Origin: Candidatus Latescibacterota bacterium
Lineage (GTDB): Bacteria > Latescibacterota > UBA2968 > UBA8231
Assembly: GCA_965248265.1 (NCBI GenBank)
Contig: CBDFJF010000002.1
Coordinates: 4,032,001-4,096,000, forward strand
DNA: 64,000 nt
Reading direction: 5' to 3'
The position numbers and the translations under genes were made by a program. Below, piece by piece: positions 1 to 9,470 of this stretch; positions within the stretch are counted from its first letter, which is position 1; each line of letters opens with the position of its first letter. A model generated the notes under the pieces. That model was not told where the DNA came from, ran no database searches, and saw nothing but the letters and a program-made list of their open reading frames with translations.

Positions 1-1454
1 CTGTCCAGGGCGAGATACCCAAGACCCAGCTCCTCTATGGTATCCAATCGACGCGTCGTCTGGTGGACGATCGTCTCACCCATGGGCCGACGCGACTCCG
101 GAAACTCCAGATTCCTCAAGAAACCCAGAGTCGCGCTCACCGGCTTTGACATCAGGGACGCGATCGTTTCCTCGGCAAGCCAGACGGACAGCGAATGCAC
201 GGAAAGCCTCGAGCCCTCACACTGCGCGCACGGACGCTCACCGAGACGCTCCTCCAGCCAGGTGAGTTCATCCCCTTCAGCCAGTGCCGCCCGGCGTTCC
301 AGCCAGCGGCGCAACCCGGGGAACGCAGCGACCTTCTTAGCCGACCGCCCAGAGCACGAGCCGGAAGCAGTTCCTCCTGTCGCACGAGCCCTGCCTGCCT
401 TCCAAAATTTGGCAGCCTTGTCCGCCGGCCACTCACCGATGAGCTGCTGGGGATCCGCGCCGATCCGTTCGCACTGAAGGATGACGTGGTCCCTGAGCCC
501 TTCGTGGCCGAACTCACTCCACAGTGGGCCCAGCGCTTCATCGAGGAGTTGGGATTGGTCGCTGAAGAAGCGGTCGAATTCCATTCCGGCCTGAACGCCG
601 GTACCGCGGCACTCTGCACAGGCCCCGCGCGGGCTGTTGAACGAGAACAGGCCTGGCGTAATCGGTTCGAAGGGTTCGCCACAATCCGAGCAAGATGGTT
701 GGGTCGAAAACTTCATGTCTGTCTGACCGTCATCGTCGGCGCGCGCCAGCGTGAGCCGGCCACCACTCAACTCCACGGCCGCCTCGAGCGAACCCTTGAG
801 TCGCACCAGGGCATCAGGCTTGACCACGAGTCGGTCGACGACGACCTCAACCATTGAGCCGGTTTCGATGCAAGCGGGTTCGACCTCAGCCAGCTGAACG
901 AGATCACTCCCCCCAACCCGGAGACGGCCGAACCCCGAACGTTCGATTCGCTCCAGCCACTCCCCATGCACACCACCGCCTTCTACCTTTACCGGAGCCA
1001 TTATGATGAGCCGCGTGCCCTCGCCCAGGCCAGCTGCCCGCTCGTACACCTCCTCGAAACGGTGAACGATGACCGCGGCCCCACACGCGGGACAAAGCGG
1101 TTGTCCCATTCGGGCAAACAGCAGGCGGAAGTACTCGTAGGTGCCTGACAAGGTGCCCGCTGTTGAGCGCGGGTCCGCGCGGACGCCTGCCTGATCGATG
1201 GCGATGGGTGGTGCCAACCCCTCGAGTCTGTCCACGCGGGGTTGCCGCAGTCGACTGCTGCTGCGCCCGCCGATTGGATCCAGAGCGGCGTGAAACCGTC
1301 GCTGCGCTTCCGCGTAAACGGTGTCGAAAGCCAGAGAGGATTTCCCCGAGCCGGAAACGCCGCAGAGGACCACCAGGCTGTTGTGCGGCAGGTCCAGGTC
1401 GACACCCTTGAGGTTGTGTTCACTAGCTCCGCGTATGGACAGTATTCTGGGCAT
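1..1454 (-). CDS. uvrA: UvrA-like excinuclease ABC subunit A (divergent; 3' end lies outside the window)
   Basis: Not in the ORF track because it runs off the edge. Manual translation from ATG at 1454 gives MPRILSIRGASEHNLKGVDLDLPHNSLVVLCGVSGSGKSSLAFDTVYAEAQRRF..., Zn-finger motifs CPAC, CSDC, CAEC and CAQC, LFSFNSPRGAC, and ends ...LGLGYLALD at the edge. No stop found in this frame. Confidence 0.92.
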   Translation of the reverse strand, partial: MPRILSIRGASEHNLKGVDLDLPHNSLVVLCGVSGSGKSSLAFDTVYAEAQRRFHAALDPIGGRSSSRLRQPRVDRLEGLAPPIAIDQAGVRADPRSTAGTLSGTYEYFRLLFARMGQPLCPACGAAVIVHRFEEVYERAAGLGEGTRLIIMAPVKVEGGGVHGEWLERIERSGFGRLRVGGSDLVQLAEVEPACIETGSMVEVVVDRLVVKPDALVRLKGSLEAAVELSGGRLTLARADDDGQTDMKFSTQPSCSDCGEPFEPITPGLFSFNSPRGACAECRGTGVQAGMEFDRFFSDQSQLLDEALGPLWSEFGHEGLRDHVILQCERIGADPQQLIGEWPADKAAKFWKAGRARATGGTASGSCSGRSAKKVAAFPGLRRWLERRAALAEGDELTWLEERLGERPCAQCEGSRLSVHSLSVWLAEETIASLMSKPVSATLGFLRNLEFPESRRPMGETIVHQTTRRLDTIEELGLGYLALD

Positions 1455-1477
1455 CTGGCTCCAGTTTATCTACTTTT

Positions 1478-1501
1478 GGTGCTATCAGAGGTGCTATCAG
1501 A
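1478..1501. repeat. Perfect 12-bp tandem direct repeat (GGTGCTATCAGA x2) in a divergent promoter region
   Basis: Read directly; lies between the uvrA-like start and the cytochrome c gene. Confidence 0.85.
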
Positions 1502-1543
1502 TTGTAATTGTCAGATCAGTCGCATCACACAGTGAGCTCTGGA

Positions 1544-2305
1544 ATGCCGCGAAAAAAATCCCCGCCAACCTGGCGTTCAGTCTCGTTGACAACGTGCGCG
1601 GTCTTGGCCTTCGCCGTTGACATCGAGGCCCAAACGGCCCCAAAGGGAGTCTGGGTTGAAGGGCGCTCGCTCTTTCATTCCCCCGCGGTCAGCACGAACG
1701 GGCTGGCCTGCATCCACTGCCATGCCGATTTCGATGAAAAACGCGACAATGACGGTCTCTTGCGGGCCGGGTACAGCCTCGCCAATTCGGCCAGCCGCCA
1801 GACCTACTGGGGACAGGAACTCGAGGATCCGGACCGCTATCAGGACATTGCCCACGCCGGCGTCGTTTGCGTGGAGACCTTCATGCGCAATCCCAAGAAA
1901 CTCACGGCCGAGCAGCTGGTCGATCTGCAGGCCTACCTGAAGCGGATCAATCGACGCCCGATACTGACACCGCAGGTGTACGCCGCGGGAGGAGATCTGA
2001 CTGGAGAGTATGTAGGCTTTGAGGGTGGTGACAAGATCCTGGGGCGAGGTGTGTTCTACGCAGCCTGCCATAGCTGCCACCCCAACGGCAATGCCGGAAT
2101 CGCCCCGTCCCTTCCACGCGACCGGGACCCCGCCTTTTACGCCCGGAAGGTTCGCGAAGGCAACGGCCTGGGCTTGGTGTATTCAGCCATCAATCCGAAC
2201 GCCTACGATCCTGCTGCCAACCTGGTCATGCCCTTCTTCGGCCTCGACAGACTGTCGAACAAACAGCTCAGGGACATCATCGCCTACATCAAGAGCCTAC
2301 CCTGA
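1544..2305 (+). CDS. Exported di-heme c-type cytochrome
   Basis: Signal peptide and two CxxCH motifs (CIHCH, CHSCH). The C-terminal MPFF...LSNKQLRDIIAYIKSL helix is typical of class I cytochromes c. ATG 1544 preferred over the track start at 1508. Confidence 0.85.
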   Translation: MPRKKSPPTWRSVSLTTCAVLAFAVDIEAQTAPKGVWVEGRSLFHSPAVSTNGLACIHCHADFDEKRDNDGLLRAGYSLANSASRQTYWGQELEDPDRYQDIAHAGVVCVETFMRNPKKLTAEQLVDLQAYLKRINRRPILTPQVYAAGGDLTGEYVGFEGGDKILGRGVFYAACHSCHPNGNAGIAPSLPRDRDPAFYARKVREGNGLGLVYSAINPNAYDPAANLVMPFFGLDRLSNKQLRDIIAYIKSLP

Positions 2306-2319
2306 ACTGAGGTCTCAAC

Positions 2320-3045
2320 TCAACCCGCCAGTCTCACCAGGGATTCCGCGTGCTGCAGGGCACTTGGCGTATCGACATCCTGCCACCATGAATCCCCGAC
2401 GTCGAGGTAGAGCAGTTGTCCCGCTTCGATAATCGTCTCCAGCCCGGCACTCAGCGTCACATCTCCGCCCGTGGGCGAGGCTGCCAGGCGCACGCTCTCG
2501 ACCAACTCACTCGAACAGACAAACATCCCTGTGTCGATGGCGTTGTAGTGTTCAAGCTGCTTGCCCAGCGCCCGAACACGATCCTCTTCCAGCAGCGCTT
2601 TCGTCGCATCATCCATATCATGGATTTCCTGTAATTTGCGATCGATGGCCAGCACGACTTGTCCGGATTCGACCCGTTGACTGCACATGCTATCGACAAT
2701 TCGTGGATCGAAAACGTGATCGGCCATGGTGAGGACGAATTGCCGGCCCAATAGCGGAGCCGCTGCGAGTACCGATGTTCCGTTGCCTCGCTCCCAGTCC
2801 TCGTTGACGACAAAGGTGATATGCGCCTGGATCGACTCACATGCCTGCAGCATGGAGCGCAAGGGATCGCCTGTCGGACTGATGGTGATGGTGATATCCC
2901 GCACGCCTGAATCGAGCAGTCGCTCGCAGGTGTGCTGGAGTATGGGCTTGCCCGCCACTTCGACCATCGCCTTGTGCGGCTGAGCCACGTGGCCGACGAT
3001 ACGGCTGCCGGCGCCCGCGGCCAAGATCAGAGCCTGCTCGATCAA
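2320..3045 (-). CDS. NTP transferase, inositol-1-phosphate cytidylyltransferase (IPCT)-like
   Basis: LILAAGAGSR, ERGNGTSVL, MADHVFD, DDATK, DTGMFVCS and WQDVDTP motifs. Confidence 0.8.
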   Translation of the reverse strand: MIEQALILAAGAGSRIVGHVAQPHKAMVEVAGKPILQHTCERLLDSGVRDITITISPTGDPLRSMLQACESIQAHITFVVNEDWERGNGTSVLAAAPLLGRQFVLTMADHVFDPRIVDSMCSQRVESGQVVLAIDRKLQEIHDMDDATKALLEEDRVRALGKQLEHYNAIDTGMFVCSSELVESVRLAASPTGGDVTLSAGLETIIEAGQLLYLDVGDSWWQDVDTPSALQHAESLVRLAG

Positions 3046-3065
3046 CTCAGAATCCGCAACGGTGT

Positions 3066-3848
3066 TCAGGGAGCTGTGAGATGCATGCGTGGCAGGGCAT
3101 GCTCGAGTGCCTGCTCATAGTCTTCGATGGAGTCGATTTCCGCCCAGGGCAGGTCGGAGACATCCACAGCGTACAGTTGCCGTGCGGCGATCAGTGGGCC
3201 ATACGCGGAGGTCGGGAACAGCTGTCCTTCTTGTGCGGCAAGCCGCTCCACCTCGGCGGCCAACGTGCAGGCGCCGGAGCTACAGAAACGGGCAACCTGC
3301 GCGCTTAGCCCGTGAGAAGTGGCCGGATCGAGTTGCTTGCTGATGGCCTCGATGCAGTCCTCAACGGAGTCCTCGACGCAGTCCTCGACGCAGTCCTGTG
3401 CTGTAAGCCTGACACCCATCTCGCCAACTGGACGAGGAGCCTTCAAATCCACGGCGATGACGTTGGGTCGGTCGATCTCGGCCAAGCGGCGGGCGATTTC
3501 CGTATGGAACACGATATCGCAGTTGAGCAGAAAGAGATCTGTATCGAGTTCATGCTTGGCCAGAAACAAAGAGTAGAGGCTGTTCGTCTTGTCATAGTCG
3601 GGGTTTTCCACGAAGCGCACGAGTGCGCCTTCAGGTCGATCCCGCAACTTGTTGGTGCAGTGAACGATAACCTGCTCGGACTCGTACCCGACGACGATGA
3701 CTAAGTCCTCGACTCCTACAGCTAACATGGCGTCAATCTGATGGTCCAGAATGGCTCCATTGCCAAAATCGACCAGACACTTGGGTCGATTCACCGTCAA
3801 TGGATGCAGGCGTTTGCCCAAACCGGCGGCAAGGATAATCGCTCTCAT
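3066..3848 (-). CDS. Phosphocholine/phosphonate cytidylyltransferase family (LicC/PntC-like)
   Basis: IILAAGLGKRL...PKCL, NPDYDKTNSLYSL, NCDIVF and WAEIDSIED motifs. Confidence 0.82.
   Translation of the reverse strand: MRAIILAAGLGKRLHPLTVNRPKCLVDFGNGAILDHQIDAMLAVGVEDLVIVVGYESEQVIVHCTNKLRDRPEGALVRFVENPDYDKTNSLYSLFLAKHELDTDLFLLNCDIVFHTEIARRLAEIDRPNVIAVDLKAPRPVGEMGVRLTAQDCVEDCVEDSVEDCIEAISKQLDPATSHGLSAQVARFCSSGACTLAAEVERLAAQEGQLFPTSAYGPLIAARQLYAVDVSDLPWAEIDSIEDYEQALEHALPRMHLTAP
3347..3394. repeat. In-frame 12-bp tandem repeat x4 (encodes DCVE-DCVE-DSVE-DCIE)
   Basis: Units CCTCGATGCAGT, CCTCAACGGAGT, CCTCGACGCAGT, CCTCGACGCAGT. Confidence 0.85.
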
Positions 3849-4105
3849 GTGCCTTAGGTCCTCGTTGGCACTGCATCAGGGGAAGTGGAGGTGAATGGTA
3901 TGGCCGGGAACTACCGGCCGTACCCAAGGTTGTTGAGCGAATATAACCCAAATTCGATTGTGGCAGCTCAAGCAGGCGAACTGACCTTGGCAAAAAGCGC
4001 CTATGTCGTTGACCAGACGTGGGTTAATGAGTATATTCGCTGGGTCTCAAGCCCGTCTTCATCCTCCGAAATCGATCGAGCACCCGCGACAGTCTATTCC
4101 ATTCC

Positions 4106-4873
4106 ATGAAGGCCCTAATCCTTTCTGCCGGACGGGGTCGTCGGCTCTGGCCGTATACCGCCGACGCCCCGAAGTGCCTGCTCCCTGTTGGGGGCGGTGA
4201 CATCCTTGGACACCAGCTCGAAAATCTCGTGAAAGCCGGCGTCACTCAGGTGGTGCTGGTAGGCGGCCATGGTCTCCACCGAATGAGACGGAGAATATCA
4301 ACCGTTCCTGAGGGAATCACGGTAAGGCTCCTCTTCAACCCGTTTTTTGCGATCTCTGACAATCTGGTGTCCCTGTGGGCTGCCCGATCGGAGATGGACC
4401 AGGGCTTCATCCTTTTGAACGGCGATAATCTGCTCCATCCCGAGATCCTCAGCCCCCTGCTGGCAGCTGATGGCGACTGCTGTCTGCTTGCTCAGCGCAA
4501 GGGGTCCTTCGGGGCCGACGACATGAAGGTGCAGGTGGCAGGCGACCGCGTTACTCGCATCGGCAAGTCCCTGCCCCGCGACCAAACCGATGCCGAATCG
4601 GTGGGAATCATTCGCTTTTCGGCACAAGGCGCAACCCGTATGCGTCGGGCTCTGGAAGAGGTACTGACCCAGCGCGCGGCCATGCGCCGGTTCTTCGTGG
4701 ACGCCATCCAGCATTTGATTGACCAGGGCCTTACCGTGAACTGGGCGGATACCAAGGGACTGCCCTGGATAGACGTCGACACCCCGGAAGACCTGGAGTT
4801 CGCCCAGAAGAATTTCCTTCGCCTGTTCGCCATCGACTCGGCCCTGTCAGCAATCGTTGAGGATCGTTCGTGA
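4106..4873 (+). CDS. Phosphocholine/phosphonate cytidylyltransferase family (LicC/PntC-like)
   Basis: LILSAGRGRRL...PKCLL, FNPFFAISDNLVSLW, NGDNL, DDMKV, AESVG and WIDVDTPEDL motifs. Confidence 0.85.
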   Translation: MKALILSAGRGRRLWPYTADAPKCLLPVGGGDILGHQLENLVKAGVTQVVLVGGHGLHRMRRRISTVPEGITVRLLFNPFFAISDNLVSLWAARSEMDQGFILLNGDNLLHPEILSPLLAADGDCCLLAQRKGSFGADDMKVQVAGDRVTRIGKSLPRDQTDAESVGIIRFSAQGATRMRRALEEVLTQRAAMRRFFVDAIQHLIDQGLTVNWADTKGLPWIDVDTPEDLEFAQKNFLRLFAIDSALSAIVEDRS

Positions 4874-5013
4874 ACCTCGGCCTGATGTATCGCTTCGCCA
4901 TGCAGACCGGCTCCGGCAGCCTGCTGTTGACGGCGCCGTCGCGCCAGGTTGGAGTAGTGGTCGGATCCTCCGTCGATGTGCTCGCCGCCGCCCGAGCGGA
5001 GGATGCCAGATGA
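4870..5013 (+). CDS. Small 47-aa ORF (or gene remnant) translationally coupled at both ends
   Basis: GTG overlaps the upstream TGA (GTGA), and its own TGA overlaps the downstream ATG (ATGA). GAGGA lies upstream. Product MNLGLMYRFAMQTGSGSLLLTAPSRQVGVVVGSSVDVLAAARAEDAR. Confidence 0.45.
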   Translation: MNLGLMYRFAMQTGSGSLLLTAPSRQVGVVVGSSVDVLAAARAEDAR

Positions 5014-6062
5014 GGATTCTGAGGACCCTGCTACCCGGCCTCGGTGTGCTGTTGCTGGGCTACCTCATCGGCGAGCTCGGCTTTCCTTCCATCCTGGAGA
5101 ACCTGGCCCAGATAAAGTGGTCGTTCCTGGCGGTGCTGGGATTGGCGTTCTCCTGGCATGTGACGAATTCCATCGCATGGTACTTCGCCTTTTTGCCCGA
5201 TGCCTTTCGTCCACGGCTACGGACGTTGTTCATGGCGAAACTCGCAGGTGAGTCAGTGAATCAGCTGACACCGTTGGCCAACCTGGGAGGAGAACCGCTC
5301 AAGGCGTACCTGCTCAAGAATCAATCGCCGACGTCCCGGGGACTGGCCTCCGTCGTTATCAATAAAACAGCCCAGATCATGACTGGATTCCTGCTCACGG
5401 TAGTGGCCGTGGGGTTGATCGCCTTCTACTGGGACCTGCCAAGAGCTCTACCGCTGTCTGTGCGCTTCGGTCTGCCGGCTCTCATCCTTGGCGCGGCCTT
5501 GCTCATCTGGGTGTTGTACCGGCGTCAACAACGCCTGTTTTCATCGCTGCTGGCTGGCCTGCGCCGCCTGGGCTTCAATCCCGACTCCCTCGAAGCACGC
5601 ATGGCCAAGGCGGTCCGCATCGATGCCAACATCAGTCTGTTCTACCGAGAGCATAAGCTGCGCTTCTTTCTGGTCCTGCTATTCCACACGGCTGGATGGA
5701 TGCTCGGGGCGTGCGAGACCTTTGTTGTCCTCGAAGCCCTGAACACCGGCGTCGGCTTTGAGATCGCCTTCTTGATCACGTTCCTGGCCGTCGTCATCAA
5801 CAGTCTGTTCTTCTTCATGCCCTCCAACATCGGCGTCATGGAATCGGGCCACGTTTTCCTATTCGTAACCCTCGGTCTGTCGCCGGCCATCGGGCTGTCG
5901 GTCGGCATCGCCAAGCGCATGAGGAAGATTGTCTGGATCTGCATCGGCTGGTTGTTCCTGACCTATCTGAGCCGGTCCGTCAGCGTCGTCATCCCACACC
6001 GAAAGGTCGGCTCCGCCAGTCAGGCGCCTGACCCGTTCGAGCCAGAATACCGGGTCGGATGA
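5010..6062 (+). CDS. Lysylphosphatidylglycerol synthase TM-domain / flippase-like membrane protein
   Basis: Multi-TM protein with GESVNQLTPLANLGGEPLKAYLL and FFMPSNIGVMESG. ATG 5010 has GGAGGA upstream. Confidence 0.85.
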   Translation: MRILRTLLPGLGVLLLGYLIGELGFPSILENLAQIKWSFLAVLGLAFSWHVTNSIAWYFAFLPDAFRPRLRTLFMAKLAGESVNQLTPLANLGGEPLKAYLLKNQSPTSRGLASVVINKTAQIMTGFLLTVVAVGLIAFYWDLPRALPLSVRFGLPALILGAALLIWVLYRRQQRLFSSLLAGLRRLGFNPDSLEARMAKAVRIDANISLFYREHKLRFFLVLLFHTAGWMLGACETFVVLEALNTGVGFEIAFLITFLAVVINSLFFFMPSNIGVMESGHVFLFVTLGLSPAIGLSVGIAKRMRKIVWICIGWLFLTYLSRSVSVVIPHRKVGSASQAPDPFEPEYRVG

Positions 6063-7468
6063 TTCTCCGTCGACTCGCGCCAGGTCCGTTGCGTTGTGCG
6101 GTCCGCCTGGGACTCGTGGCCTCCGCCATTACCGTCGTCACCCTGCAGGCATGGCCTTTGGTCGCAGACGACGCCATCGTCTATGGACTTCCCGATCTCG
6201 TCGCACGCGCATTGCAGCACAACCCTTCCGTCCAACAGGAACGCTGGAAAACCGAGCAGGCCACGGCCGATCTCACCCAGGCGCGAGCCGCCCGCTTTCT
6301 GCCACACCTTCGACTGGAGACCGTTGGCGGCCTCGTCCCGGACGCCGAAGGAGATGTCTTCAATCCTCCCTCGGATACAACTGGGCTCAGAGGACTCGGC
6401 CCGTTCGGTCGGGCTGAACTGCAGTTCGTTCAGCCTCTCTACACATTCGGATTGCTGTCCGATATGAGGGATGCTGCGGCAGCTGGCGTCAAGGTTGCCG
6501 AAGCCGCCCGCGCCGATGCGGAGTTAAAAGCATCGCTGGAAATAAAGGAGCTCTATTATGGCCTGCTCCTCGCACAGGAATTGGAAACGCTGGCCTCCAA
6601 ACTGAGTTCGGAACTGAAGGAGCGGCAAGAAGAGGTTGATCTGGATGACCCTTCCCTGCCGTTGAGCACCGGATACAAACTGAAGCTTGCCTCGCTGGAG
6701 CTCGACTCGAGATTGCGTGAGGTCAGCAAGAAATCGCAACTGGCTCGGGCGACGCTGGCCTGGCGCTGCGCCATTCCCGACGATGAGGACTGGCAGCCGC
6801 TGGCCGAACACCTGGTTCAGGATTCGACCCGGGTGCCTCCGCTCGACTCCCTCATGGCGGTAGCCGCCGTCCAGCGTCCCGAATGGCGACAGCTCAGCGC
6901 CGGCATCAGCGCCCGCCGCTCCCTGGAATCCGCAGCCGCTTCTGCTTTTTATCCGCAGTTCTTTCTGGCCGGCGGCTGGCGGTATGGCTTAGCCCCCAAC
7001 CGCACAGATCAGCACAACCCCTTCGTCAAAGACGACTTCAATTTTTCCAGTCTGGGCATGTTCATCGGCATGCGGCAGTCCTTTGAATGGGGCCTGCTGA
7101 ACGCCAAGCGCAACAAAGCACGGGCACAGCTGCTCGAACTCAAGTCGCAGGAACAGGCTGCAGTTGAGGGAATCCGCCTGGACGTCTCCAGAGCCCATGG
7201 CGACTTCCTGGGGGCGGAGGCTGGCCTGGAATCGGCACATGAGGGCCGTAGACTCGGACGTCAATGGGTCAACCTCGCGCGCGACGAGTACGAGTTCACC
7301 GAGGAGGCAGAGGACCTCAAGGCCCTGGTGAGCGCATTCGAGGGATTCGCTGAGACGGAACAAGCCTATCATCAGGCGGTCTATGACTACAACGTCGCCC
7401 TGGCCCGACTCGAGCGAGCCGTGGGCATGGCGTTTACACCACCCCCTTCTGCAAGGAGGTCCGATTGA
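6059..7468 (+). CDS. TolC-family outer membrane efflux protein
   Basis: Signal peptide, ALQHNP, two OEP-like halves (FLPHL, FYPQF), ends YNVALARLERAVG. Confidence 0.88.
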   Translation: MILRRLAPGPLRCAVRLGLVASAITVVTLQAWPLVADDAIVYGLPDLVARALQHNPSVQQERWKTEQATADLTQARAARFLPHLRLETVGGLVPDAEGDVFNPPSDTTGLRGLGPFGRAELQFVQPLYTFGLLSDMRDAAAAGVKVAEAARADAELKASLEIKELYYGLLLAQELETLASKLSSELKERQEEVDLDDPSLPLSTGYKLKLASLELDSRLREVSKKSQLARATLAWRCAIPDDEDWQPLAEHLVQDSTRVPPLDSLMAVAAVQRPEWRQLSAGISARRSLESAAASAFYPQFFLAGGWRYGLAPNRTDQHNPFVKDDFNFSSLGMFIGMRQSFEWGLLNAKRNKARAQLLELKSQEQAAVEGIRLDVSRAHGDFLGAEAGLESAHEGRRLGRQWVNLARDEYEFTEEAEDLKALVSAFEGFAETEQAYHQAVYDYNVALARLERAVGMAFTPPPSARRSD

Positions 7469-8808
7469 TTCGAGTGTCACCGGGCAACCGTTCGCTCGGA
7501 ATCTTCCTTCTCGTCACGATCGCGTTGGGCTTGCCGTCAGCTCACGCCCGCAAGCCTGGCCTCGCTGCCGCCGCCGCGGTGAGCGAACAGTTGCCGGCGC
7601 TGAATCGTCTCCTGCAACAGCAGGAAATCGACTCGGCCGCGGTTGGTGCACTCATTGACCGACTGGTAGACTTCGAGGAGTTCACCAAGCGAACCTTCGG
7701 CAACTACACCCGGCGATCATTGGAGGAATATGACGGCCACCTCAACAGCGACGAGCTCGAGCGGCTCATCTCGCGTCAAGAGGCACGTCTTGTGAGTCTC
7801 TTCCGCGAGCGCGTGGCGGACGACTTCGTGGATCTTGTCCACAGAGCTGGATCGATCCGACTCCAGCTCAAGGCGCCAGCGGCTAAGATGTCCTCATCAC
7901 ACGAGGCCAGCCTGAGGCTGCGCGGTAATAGACCTGATGGTAGCCCTCTCGACATCGACTTGAGCCTAGAAAAAAATGGGAAGGGATGGAGTGTTGTCGA
8001 TCTCAGCTACGACCGGGTTCGCTTCAGCAAGCGCTACGCCAAGGAGTTCCGCGATGTGTTGAAAAACGATTACTCCCTGTCGGTGCTTGCCGCACGACTC
8101 AACGTGGAGGAGTTCATTCGGCTGGAGGATTTTTCCTCAACACAAGCAGGCGCCCTGCCTGAAGGTTGGTACGTCCGAAGCCGGGACGACGACAAACCGA
8201 AGTTGTACGAAGTTCAGCAGGAGGCGGGCACGCACTATCTTGCAGCGCAAGATACCGGGCTTTCCGTCATTCTTCTGAAGATCGCGCACTGGAATCCACA
8301 CGAGTTCCCCATCCTGACCTGGTGCTGGCGCGCCGACGCCCTGCCTCCTGGCGGCAATGAGCATGTGACCGAGACCAACGACAGTGCGGCCGGAGTATAC
8401 GTGATATTTCAGGAAACCTGGGGGTTGGGACTACCGATTCAGAACAAATATGTCTGGAGCACGACTCTTCCTGAGGGCACGATCGGCCGACGTGACATGA
8501 TCGCCCGTCCCTATTTTCTCGTCGAACAGAGCGGCAGTGGATCGCTGGGGCGATGGGAATTGGAACTGGTCGATCTGATAGAGGACTACGGTCACACCTT
8601 CGGCGGCGTGCCCAAAACCAGAACGCTCGGCATAGGTGTGCTGACCGATTCGAATAACACCCACACCTACGCTGAGGCCTATTATGCCGACATAAGGGTG
8701 TGGCGGCGCGAAGCGCTGGAAACCGCATCGATTCCCGATCACTGCGCCTGTTTGCCCGTGGGGGACCTGGCTCCGCGGCTTGGAACAGAGAAGACAAGGA
8801 CAGACTGA
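7465..8808 (+). CDS. MlaC/Ttg2D-like domain fused to a DUF3047-like domain
   Basis: N-half has VDFEEFTKRTFG and WSVVDLSYDRVRFSKRYAKEF (MlaC-like). C-half has PILTWCWRADALP, NDSAAGVYV, KYVWS and GVLTDSNNT (DUF3047-like). Confidence 0.7.
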   Translation: MIRVSPGNRSLGIFLLVTIALGLPSAHARKPGLAAAAAVSEQLPALNRLLQQQEIDSAAVGALIDRLVDFEEFTKRTFGNYTRRSLEEYDGHLNSDELERLISRQEARLVSLFRERVADDFVDLVHRAGSIRLQLKAPAAKMSSSHEASLRLRGNRPDGSPLDIDLSLEKNGKGWSVVDLSYDRVRFSKRYAKEFRDVLKNDYSLSVLAARLNVEEFIRLEDFSSTQAGALPEGWYVRSRDDDKPKLYEVQQEAGTHYLAAQDTGLSVILLKIAHWNPHEFPILTWCWRADALPPGGNEHVTETNDSAAGVYVIFQETWGLGLPIQNKYVWSTTLPEGTIGRRDMIARPYFLVEQSGSGSLGRWELELVDLIEDYGHTFGGVPKTRTLGIGVLTDSNNTHTYAEAYYADIRVWRREALETASIPDHCACLPVGDLAPRLGTEKTRTD

Positions 8809-9458
8809 TGAACCGAAGCAACAAACTCGTCACCTGGACCATCAGCGTCCTGATCGCATGGACGTCCGCTTCGTCTATGGTTGCGGCCGAAACGGTGTCG
8901 GCGGAGGGATCCGGGGACGCAACCCATGCTCCCGGCGCCATCGCCTTTCTGCGGGCGCACGACGCCGGGGTGCGGGCGGTACTCGAACGCGGCGGGGATT
9001 CGCTGTCCGCGACTGCCCGCCAGGAGGTCCGCGAAAAGATCGACGAGGCCTTCGACTTCGAAGAGCTCAGCCGGTTGTCGCTGGGCGACCACTGGGATCA
9101 ACGCTCGGCCGCCGAGCGTTCCGAATTCGTGACCGTTTTCAGCGGAATCATCTCGGAGAAGAACTTCGACAGCTTCGTCGACTACTACCGCGACGGCGAC
9201 ATCATCTACGACAGCGAGGAGATCGATCCCCCAAGAGCCTCCGTCTTTGCGACCGTACCGCTGGAAAACGAGACCGTGGGCATCACCTACAGACTACTTC
9301 GCCACGACCAATCGTGGCGCGTCTACGACCTCGTCATCGACGATGTCAGCACCGCAGACTCCAATCGCAGACAATACGCCCGCTACATCGAGAAACACTC
9401 CTTCGAGAAACTCATGGGACGCCTGAAGAAGCAATTGGCGAAACTCGAGAACCGCTGA
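8808..9458 (+). CDS. MlaC/Ttg2D/HpnM-like periplasmic lipid-binding protein
   Basis: FDFEELSRLSLGDHW...ERSEF and WRVYDLVIDDVS...NRRQY. ATG 8808 overlaps the upstream TGA. Confidence 0.85.
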   Translation: MNRSNKLVTWTISVLIAWTSASSMVAAETVSAEGSGDATHAPGAIAFLRAHDAGVRAVLERGGDSLSATARQEVREKIDEAFDFEELSRLSLGDHWDQRSAAERSEFVTVFSGIISEKNFDSFVDYYRDGDIIYDSEEIDPPRASVFATVPLENETVGITYRLLRHDQSWRVYDLVIDDVSTADSNRRQYARYIEKHSFEKLMGRLKKQLAKLENR

Positions 9459-9470
9459 CAGCGACGCCCT

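Noticed and set aside
37-1620. Plus-strand track ORFs 37-477, 195-857, 1242-1535 and 1321-1620
   Set aside because: They are shadows of the minus-strand uvrA-like gene or its promoter region.
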